A stretch of DNA of 64,000 nt from a virus. Of this stretch, positions 17,216-24,343 are shown piece by piece. Each line of letters opens with the position of its first letter. Position 1 is the first letter of the stretch. A program made the position numbers and the translations under genes. The notes beneath the pieces are model-generated. The model had not been told where the DNA came from. It saw nothing but the letters and a program-made list of their open reading frames with translations, and did not search any database. Where the stretch lies: IMG/VR virus record IMGVR_UViG_3300045988_159115; one strand, 5' to 3'.

Positions 17216-20185
17216 TTAAACCTCAGTATATCTACTGAGCATCATCACCATCAAGCCATTATAATTGAAGTTCGGACGGATAACGATCTTATTATTCTTC
17301 TGGTAGTTTGTCCAGACAGCAGGATAGTTGTTTTGGACATTCGTACCATCAAGAATCCAAGACTGAGGCTTCGTAACTCCACGCGGAATGATGATATCCG
17401 TATAGAATCGCTTCATATCCGTAGTATCTGCATCCGGAGTAACTGCATCATTGACATTAGGCTCAAGATTCTCACCCGGTTTACCACCAAGCTCGCCATA
17501 TTTATCTTTGATAAGCCAGTCAAGAAAATCATCCTTCGTCTTATTATCAATACCCGGATTATTGAGAAACTCATCCATCGGAGTGTTTTCTTTATTCGGC
17601 TTATTGGTAGAGAAAATGGAAGGATCCATATCCTTTTTATAAATGGCAAGATTCAAACGAGATGCGACATTATAAAGCTTGATAAATCTACCAGTGATGC
17701 ATTCAATGTTATAATGGAACAGTCGACGACCATTCAGATAGACTTCGTAATAGTCGAGACTAAACGGAGTATCCAAATAATCTGCTGTATCAATCATATA
17801 GTTTTCCGGAATTTCCGGAATGAATGCAACACGCTTGTACGAATACGGTGTAACATCAGTTGATTGCACGTACTCTGTTGTAGTCGGGAAATAGTCCGTT
17901 CGTGCTACAAGCTTGTACGGGCCATCGCTTTCAATCTTGATATTACAAACGATTCGACGTCTATCCACAAATGTACGAAGATAAGAAGCTTCCTCGATCC
18001 AAGGGATAGCATTCTTCAGAATACCATATCGCTGGACATTCATCATCGGAGGAGTGACATCATGACGAATGAAAGAATCCTTATTCACGATGAAGGTATA
18101 AGTCACATTGACTTTACTAGCATCATTCAGTTTCACTTTCATTCGAGTGAGATGCATATATTTCGGAAGATCTTTCTCCACATTCGGAGTGATCTTCATA
18201 TACATTTCACCCTTTTCACCATCAATAACTTCGACATTTGCGGGAATACCGCATTTTTCTTTTCTCTCAGCAAGACTGAGCTTCTTATTATAGTCGCTCA
18301 TATTCACTAAGGTATAGAAGGAGAAAAGATCTTTATCAATCTTCTCAACTTCATCCTTGCGAACGAACAGGTCATGCCAAGTAGGAATCATGGACGATGC
18401 ATCCGTGAAATCCATATCCCACACTTCATCTGTGGATTTGAAAGCATGCTTCTTATAATAAGAATAGTAGTCAAACCGTTCGATTACGATGTGAGAGATC
18501 GGTGTGATAAACTCCTTAGGAATATAAATATAATCAAACTCGCCGACGTGAATCTGAAGATATTTTGTACACAGGAGTCCATCAATAAAGTATCGAAGTT
18601 GCAGACTATTCGGACCGTCATTTCGGAAGACAAGCAGATATCTAGTTTCCTCGAATTGGATCGGATTCTTCGGATCTTCTTTTGCAGTGCTAGTACGCTC
18701 ACGCTTCGGAAGGTCAACGTTACCAGCATACATGTAATAGAGATCGGAAGTAGGATTCGTAGTACCGATGTATTTTTCCTGCGGCTTCGGCTCAAGAAGA
18801 CCCCATTGTTTTGCCTTATCAATCTTGTAGTCATACGAATCCGGATACTGATTCGACTTGATGAAATCACCATGATTATAAATATAATCGGGGTCTTCAT
18901 ACTCGAACGTAGTCTCAAAATACTTCTTAGTAGGATCAAGAGACGGATCTACCTTATCATACAGAAGCTTATTGAGAGCACCTTCCAGATTAGTTTCACC
19001 ATACTTATCACTCATTTGCTTTTTGAAGAACTTGTGAATGTAGTCAAACTGATTGGTATATCTCAGATACCTCTCCATCGGACGATACAGATAAAAGAGT
19101 TTTACATCATATTTATCTGCAACATCTTTTGTCGTAACGATTTCATAGATATTCGGGTAATGCAGTCTGGTCAGATCACTGTAGTTAAAGTAGGTTACCT
19201 CACCAGTTGCCTTATCCTTAAAGAAAATAATGATATTCTCTTCAGGAATCGGCATATTGTAAGGAATACCTTCTTCTTCCTGAATGACAGCAATACATGA
19301 GTAATTCTCATTACTCGTACGCTTTCTCAGTGTCCGAAGTCCTTCCACCTCGTACATGTAGTTCGGATGGAAGAAAGTGATCTCAAACGTATTACCGCCA
19401 TGATGAGCAAAATAGTTTTTCAGCCAATCTGTTGCAGGAATAACCAGATTACCCTCGTCATCGACTCTACCATAGTTCAGGCTGTTACCCATGATCTCAT
19501 AACAGTTTTTCGTTGTCTTATTCACGCAACGGACTGTGTAGAAAATCGGGGTTCCTTTCATCAGGACACCAGTCAGAGTCTTACTGAAGATATAATTCTC
19601 AGCCTTTGCATCAAGAATATTCTTCAGTACGATTGTATTTGTCAGGAAGCTATGCGTCCAAGTATTTCGAAGCATAAATACTTCGATATTATGCTTTTCC
19701 TTGAAATAAGATGGCTTTGCAGGAAGATCGTGGAACACAATCTCGGTACGGCCATCCAGAGTACACTTAAAGCACACATTCAATGCAACCCGATTATCTA
19801 CGATTGCACACGGTGTAAATTCAAACACCGTTTCCGGAGAATACTCGGGTTTAAATTGCTTCTCTGATAAGTCTTCGGCAATGTCAGCATAAGTGATATA
19901 CTTACCGAAATACTTACTGTATTTATATACCTTACGCTTAGTCGCGTCAATAAAGTCTTTCGGAACAGAGATGCAAAGTTCCGTAGGGTAATTCTTATCC
20001 ACAAAGAAATTGGCTTGTGTGAAGTGGAATCGTTCCATACAACTGTAACTCTTTTGAACTCGCTTCAGAAACTGAAAAGAGTTCTCAACGGTTGTATGGA
20101 GCAATTTATTCAGCTCTTCTTCGTCATACGTACTATTCAGAATATTATCGTAATTCGGAGTGAGCTCACCGGTTAATTTACCCAT
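17216..20185 (-). CDS. large hypothetical virion protein
   Basis: 989 aa, SD GGGGAG. Preceded by a class I promoter motif. No catalytic motif recognised. Confidence 0.85.
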   Translation of the reverse strand: MGKLTGELTPNYDNILNSTYDEEELNKLLHTTVENSFQFLKRVQKSYSCMERFHFTQANFFVDKNYPTELCISVPKDFIDATKRKVYKYSKYFGKYITYADIAEDLSEKQFKPEYSPETVFEFTPCAIVDNRVALNVCFKCTLDGRTEIVFHDLPAKPSYFKEKHNIEVFMLRNTWTHSFLTNTIVLKNILDAKAENYIFSKTLTGVLMKGTPIFYTVRCVNKTTKNCYEIMGNSLNYGRVDDEGNLVIPATDWLKNYFAHHGGNTFEITFFHPNYMYEVEGLRTLRKRTSNENYSCIAVIQEEEGIPYNMPIPEENIIIFFKDKATGEVTYFNYSDLTRLHYPNIYEIVTTKDVADKYDVKLFYLYRPMERYLRYTNQFDYIHKFFKKQMSDKYGETNLEGALNKLLYDKVDPSLDPTKKYFETTFEYEDPDYIYNHGDFIKSNQYPDSYDYKIDKAKQWGLLEPKPQEKYIGTTNPTSDLYYMYAGNVDLPKRERTSTAKEDPKNPIQFEETRYLLVFRNDGPNSLQLRYFIDGLLCTKYLQIHVGEFDYIYIPKEFITPISHIVIERFDYYSYYKKHAFKSTDEVWDMDFTDASSMIPTWHDLFVRKDEVEKIDKDLFSFYTLVNMSDYNKKLSLAERKEKCGIPANVEVIDGEKGEMYMKITPNVEKDLPKYMHLTRMKVKLNDASKVNVTYTFIVNKDSFIRHDVTPPMMNVQRYGILKNAIPWIEEASYLRTFVDRRRIVCNIKIESDGPYKLVARTDYFPTTTEYVQSTDVTPYSYKRVAFIPEIPENYMIDTADYLDTPFSLDYYEVYLNGRRLFHYNIECITGRFIKLYNVASRLNLAIYKKDMDPSIFSTNKPNKENTPMDEFLNNPGIDNKTKDDFLDWLIKDKYGELGGKPGENLEPNVNDAVTPDADTTDMKRFYTDIIIPRGVTKPQSWILDGTNVQNNYPAVWTNYQKNNKIVIRPNFNYNGLMVMMLSRYTEV

Positions 20186-20240
20186 AACTTCTATTATCTC
20201 CCCTTTCTTTTAGTATTTATCAATACAAGTGAAAGTCTAA

Positions 20241-20270
20241 CTGATTAGAATACTGTTTTCAGGTGGTATG
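20241..20270 (-). promoter_or_regulatory. candidate phage promoter, class I
   Basis: Minus-sense CATACCACCTGAAAACAGTATTCTAATCAG, directly after hairpin 20274-20314 and ~60 nt upstream of the ATG at 20185. Confidence 0.55.
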
Positions 20271-20273
20271 TAA

Positions 20274-20314
20274 GATAGACACTGATACCCAATGAAGAAA
20301 TATCAGTGTCTATC
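20274..20314 (-). terminator. stem-loop (terminator or 3' end of the upstream non-coding transcript)
   Basis: 14-bp perfect stem gatagacactgata / tatcagtgtctatc. Only a weak U-run on the minus strand. Confidence 0.45.
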
Positions 20315-21226
20315 TTTGTCGGAAGTGCCAAAATGTGAAAGGAACATAGTGGTCCCCCACCGGGGTATCGGGCCCCATCTCACACCTATCTAGTGTCAAT
20401 GGAGGGGTATAGAGCCTCCTGCTTTCCTTAAGCTAATGGGGGATATCTATCTAATTGTATCTATAATAAAAATGCAGAGTAAGTTCACTGTTACGAAACT
20501 TACTCTGCATAGTAATGCCAAAATCGAGTTACTCCAAACTTCGTGGCTCCATGCATTCGCGATCGTTATAACGTCGCCGATCGTTGGACAACTCTATCGT
20601 TGCTTTCTAAAAACCTTACCGGAATCAAACCGATAAGTTGAGAAGCACTTACACGAGCGCCTACGGCGGCGATATAATCTTTATGGGAATACACTTTAAC
20701 CGGGAGCATGAGAAATTTTACTCAACCCTATGGGACGGCCAAATATAGCCGTGAATCCATAATCGAACTCCTTTTCATACATGCCATGGCATACAGGCCC
20801 GACATTTCTACAGAAGCGTTGGCCAATGGCCTCTGTACCTCGAGCACTGTAAACGTTAATCAGTATTTTGAAGTCCACAACCGAAAGCAAATAACGATGC
20901 AAAGTCAAAAACTCAAATGACAATTGGAGGCAACCAAAAGCAACAAGAAAAAGACTGAAGTTACATGCCATATGATACTTCATACTGATTCCCCAGAATC
21001 TTACTGGGCCCGATATAGTTATGTGGAAGCTATATCATCGAACTTCGGGCGCTCGAGCGCGTCCTAACATAGAACGGAGGTCTATGTCTATCCAGTAGCC
21101 ACTACTCAAATGACCGGCGTCACTGACGGCGTCAGCCAACATGGGGCTACCAAGACCGAATGAGAAAAACTCATAGACACTGTCTACGATAAAAAACTCA
21201 TTCATACCATATAGTTGAGAAGATTT
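20315..21226. ncRNA. ORF-poor, hairpin-rich segment downstream of the beta-helix gene (candidate structured RNA or long 3' UTR)
   Basis: No ORF with an SD or protein-like composition. 14-bp hairpin at 20472-20510. Palindromes atgccatggcat, gcgctcgagcgc, ctgacggcgtcag. Hairpin ATGAG-AAAAA-CTCAT at 21160-21174. Confidence 0.3.
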
Positions 21227-21922
21227 TTATTTATTTATATCATAATCCGGAGGGAGCTCTCCGTTCAGCTTAGCTGCTTTCAATTCAGCTTTCGCTTCAC
21301 GATTCCTCTTTATGAACATTGTGGTTCCGTGCTTTTCACGATACGGAAGCTTTATTTGGCCAAGATCAGTTACGCTATTTAACTCAGCCTTATTATACGT
21401 CTTTATTTTATCGCTATTATGCAGAGCAACGTCGACGAAGCGGCCTTCATTGATGATGTAGTTACCAGAGATCGAAGCATTCTCAAGATATGCACCAATC
21501 ATACAAGATTTCTCATAAAGATTGATGCAATTCCCTTTCTTCAAAACACAGTTCATCACTTTAGAGCTACAACCAACTACGCTATCATATATGGTAGAGT
21601 CTTCAATTGTAGCATCTTCCATAATAGCACTTTTCTTATCAATGATCGAATTTTTAACTTTTGCATTACCGGATACAAAACCAAACCGAACGACCGAGTT
21701 CACGATCTTTGCATTGGCACAAACGAAACCATTTGCCGCAAACACCCAACTCTTATCAGAATGAGTATTCGGAATTGCATCTTTGCTTGATACAAATCCT
21801 CCTTGTGTTCCACAAGGAATAAATGTCCCATCCATAGCAACAAAATCTTCCTGTGCAACGATCGTATACAACTCTTTGGAAAATGACGTTGCCGCAGCGG
21901 GAAGAAGCTTATACTTCGGCAT
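21227..21922 (-). CDS. beta-helix (hexapeptide-like) repeat protein
   Basis: The ATG at 21922 (MPKYKLL) follows GAAGGGTG. Periodic repeats NAKIVNSVV / GNAKVKNSII / DATIEDSTIYDSVVG / SKVMNCVL / NASISGNYII. Confidence 0.7.
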   Translation of the reverse strand: MPKYKLLPAAATSFSKELYTIVAQEDFVAMDGTFIPCGTQGGFVSSKDAIPNTHSDKSWVFAANGFVCANAKIVNSVVRFGFVSGNAKVKNSIIDKKSAIMEDATIEDSTIYDSVVGCSSKVMNCVLKKGNCINLYEKSCMIGAYLENASISGNYIINEGRFVDVALHNSDKIKTYNKAELNSVTDLGQIKLPYREKHGTTMFIKRNREAKAELKAAKLNGELPPDYDINK

Positions 21923-21964
21923 TTTCAACACCCTTCTTTCATGATTCAATAGAATACCAAGCCT

Positions 21965-21985
21965 AAATTAAGTACCTGTCTTTGC
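21965..21985 (-). promoter_or_regulatory. candidate promoter, class II variant (GACA-N6-TAA)
   Basis: Minus-sense GCAAAGACAGGTACTTAATTT, ~45 nt upstream of the ATG at 21922. Confidence 0.25.
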
Positions 21986-21989
21986 TATG

Positions 21990-22600
21990 GTAGATAATCA
22001 CTACTACACACGGAAATTGAAAGAACCGTATGTAGTAGTGATTACCCATGTAGGATGTGGATGTGTTACCTGCGTTCTGATCGCTCAAAACAGAAAGGTT
22101 ACTATGATGAGAGAAACTCATTGTATCTGTGTGCCCTTCATCCACTTAGGGCGGAAATAACTAAGAGAGGGAGGTTTAACCTTTCGTCTAATCCCATATG
22201 CGCCCTCAAAAACAGTACGAGGAACGCCACAGTAATTAGCCTTATGCAGCCAGGTCTGTGTCAACCTGGCACTCCAGCCTACCAAAGGATGCGTATACAT
22301 CTGTCTCTCCGAAGAGTCCGCATTTACTCCTCTGGCTGTTTTCGGAACCACAATGGCACATGCGAGAAAACCAGCCAACTCGGGCTATATGCACCAAGCC
22401 CACGCGTCCCTGTTATGAGCCATTATTGTTCACAATCCCCGTTTCCGGTAACTAAAGCCAGCTAAGCTATAGCGGATCATGGTCGGCTACACCTATCATA
22501 AAAGGGCAATAAGCGTTACATCTGTCGTCACGACAGTTGCTTCGGGATTTCACCGAATAAAAACCTTGCTTAGAATGAATTCTTTAATCCATTCTATCTC
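21990..22600 (-). ncRNA. candidate large structured RNA (class unknown)
   Basis: ORF-free and visibly G+C-richer than its flanks. 19-bp hairpin 21995-22044 whose single mismatch becomes a G.U pair only on the minus strand. C(UUCG)G tetraloop on the minus strand at 22307-22316. Hairpins at 22249-22270, 22382-22401 and 22522-22536. Long-range helices 22148-53/22201-06 and 22334-42/22367-76. Confidence 0.4.
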
Positions 22601-22699
22601 AATGTTAGAAGGTTGATTATTTATAAAAAAGATTCCATTCTAATTCCTGAGATTACGTTAGTGTAAGAAACTCAGTAGAAAAGAAAGGATTGGAATGAT

Positions 22700-23188
22700 A
22701 TGAGCAACTATTTTCGTACGACATATTTTCCACATCATGATGATACATGGACGGGTGATTTTCATCCCAAGTTCTATAAAGGGATTCCTGGTGCTACCAT
22801 GGATGACTTTCTTACGCATATTGATTCACGATATGATGATGTATATTCATATTTCTTTGAAGTGGTTGATGCAGACGGAGTCGTTGACTGGACAGATAAG
22901 AATCTGGTTGAAGACTATCTCGACTACGTCCGGTATTACTACTTCAAAGAACATGACTGCGTGAGAGCACACCACAGAAGTAAATGCTGCTATTTGTGCA
23001 AGCATTTCATTTCCAATGGAAAAAATAGAAAATTCCTTGGGAGCTGTCTCTATGGACTTGAGAAACCTGATCAATTCCCTCGTCGTCATGTTGGAAATTA
23101 TCATGCAAAGCATGGATTTGAAACATGCAAAAACTTCGAGATGAAGCAATATTATCTCGATAAAAGAGAAGTCAAATTAAAGAGATAA
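22700..23188 (+). CDS. hypothetical Cys/His-rich protein
   Basis: 162 aa, SD AAAGGA. C-terminal half carries CVRAHHRSKCCYLCKHF...C...H...H..H....C. This is the only plus-strand gene in the neighbourhood. Confidence 0.7.
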   Translation: MSNYFRTTYFPHHDDTWTGDFHPKFYKGIPGATMDDFLTHIDSRYDDVYSYFFEVVDADGVVDWTDKNLVEDYLDYVRYYYFKEHDCVRAHHRSKCCYLCKHFISNGKNRKFLGSCLYGLEKPDQFPRRHVGNYHAKHGFETCKNFEMKQYYLDKREVKLKR

Positions 23189-23192
23189 AAAA

Positions 23193-23233
23193 ATAACCGC
23201 TGTGGAAGATTTTATTCTATCCACAGCGGTTAT
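23193..23233. terminator. bidirectional terminator between convergent genes
   Basis: Stem ataaccgctgtgg / ccacagcggttat, preceded by AAAAAA. Confidence 0.75.
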
Positions 23234-23235
23234 TA

Positions 23236-24015
23236 TCACCAGAAGAATCTTCTAGCGAAATAAATCAGGGTGCCGATGCCAGCGGCAATGATATCCATAT
23301 AGTTCTCACGAACCCATTCACAGATGATATCCCATTGCGTCATAGATGCATCAAAGATGAGTCTACGATACGGGTCAATCTGATAAATGCAATCAGAGTG
23401 AGAATCATAGTGGACGTCATAAGACTGGAAGTTATATCCAAATCCATCCGAAGTAGCTACCTTTGTTTTTCCTTTGAGCTTAGCAAGCATGACATACTTG
23501 AACTGCGAGATATAGGTGTTACCTCTTTTCGGAAGAAGGATATAAACTTGTCCATCCTCAGGATCATAGAAAAGGTTATGCGAACGACCTGCGCCATCCC
23601 ATTGGATTTGACTAGAAATATCCTTCGTTTTACCACGTGCTGCAACATCCAAATGGTAGTAATGCTTTACAGTATTTCCACTATTCTGCTCAAGGCAAAC
23701 TTCGCCGTCATCATCATAGACCCAGTAGAACTCACCAATCGTTTCTCCAAAAACATTCGTGTTATTGGAGATGCCATACATATTATGGACTTTCCAACGT
23801 TTGATTTTCTCCGCTTTCCGTTGGTCTTCATGAAATTCATGAGCCATTCGAGCCGCTTCTTTCCGCTGACCTTCATGAAGCTCACGGGTCATTCGAGCTA
23901 CTTCGTCTTCCTGATCCTTCGTAAGACCGGAATCGTAAACCTTCTTCGTAATATACCCATCTTCATGAGCCTGATTTATAAGGCCTTCTGCAATACGAAG
24001 GTTCCAATCACTCAT
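23236..24015 (-). CDS. hypothetical protein with a C-terminal membrane anchor
   Basis: The ATG at 24015 (MSDWNL) overlaps the upstream stop as ATGAGTGA. Internal repeat ARMTRELHEGQRKEA / ARMAHEFHEDQRKAE. C-terminus IIAAGIGTLIYFARRFFW. Confidence 0.7.
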   Translation of the reverse strand: MSDWNLRIAEGLINQAHEDGYITKKVYDSGLTKDQEDEVARMTRELHEGQRKEAARMAHEFHEDQRKAEKIKRWKVHNMYGISNNTNVFGETIGEFYWVYDDDGEVCLEQNSGNTVKHYYHLDVAARGKTKDISSQIQWDGAGRSHNLFYDPEDGQVYILLPKRGNTYISQFKYVMLAKLKGKTKVATSDGFGYNFQSYDVHYDSHSDCIYQIDPYRRLIFDASMTQWDIICEWVRENYMDIIAAGIGTLIYFARRFFW

Positions 24016-24277
24016 TGCGATTCCACCATCGGATGTTTTTTTCAAATAAATCAGTCTTAGATGCAAGCTCATCTTCAGACATATCTTTTTCAGGCTCATC
24101 TTTGGATCCGTCGTTCACAGTAATGCCAACTACAGTATTGCCATCGCCGCTAATCGTCTGTGTAATATTGATACTTTGAGCTTGAACGATATTATCGCCA
24201 CCGGTTTGCGTCTGGTTGATATTGATTACGTTACGGGTAGCACCCACAAGACGATGAAACATGCTATTATCTGCCAT
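24008..24277 (-). CDS. small repeat protein
   Basis: The ATG at 24277 (MADNSMF) sits 8 nt after AGGAGG; the listed start is a GTG. Repeats ININQTQTGGDNIV / INITQTISGDGNTV. Confidence 0.7.
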   Translation of the reverse strand: MADNSMFHRLVGATRNVININQTQTGGDNIVQAQSINITQTISGDGNTVVGITVNDGSKDEPEKDMSEDELASKTDLFEKNIRWWNRNE

Positions 24278-24300
24278 TCTATACACCTCCTAAAAGAAAA

Positions 24301-24338
24301 ATAAGCCTGACTACGATTTACTCTATAGTCAGGCTTAT
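24301..24338 (-). terminator. intrinsic terminator after the RNAP subunit gene
   Basis: Stem ataagcctgacta / tagtcaggcttat. Minus strand continues TTTTTCTTTT. Confidence 0.8.
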
Positions 24339-24343
24339 ATTAT

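Noticed and set aside
22055-22465. 136-aa ORF (and the overlapping 22118..22378 and 22258..22455) inside the non-coding island, considered as real genes.
   Set aside because: No SD, Cys/Arg/Ser/Pro-rich composition, mutually overlapping in different frames, and coincident with dense G-C helices. An RNA or a decayed sequence is more likely.
20186-22700. Group II intron, retron or diversity-generating retroelement as the explanation for the structured non-coding blocks.
   Set aside because: No reverse-transcriptase ORF (no YxDD motif) occurs anywhere in the window. There is no GUGYG 5' end or recognisable domain V, no TR/VR repeat pair, and no interrupted host gene flanking the region.
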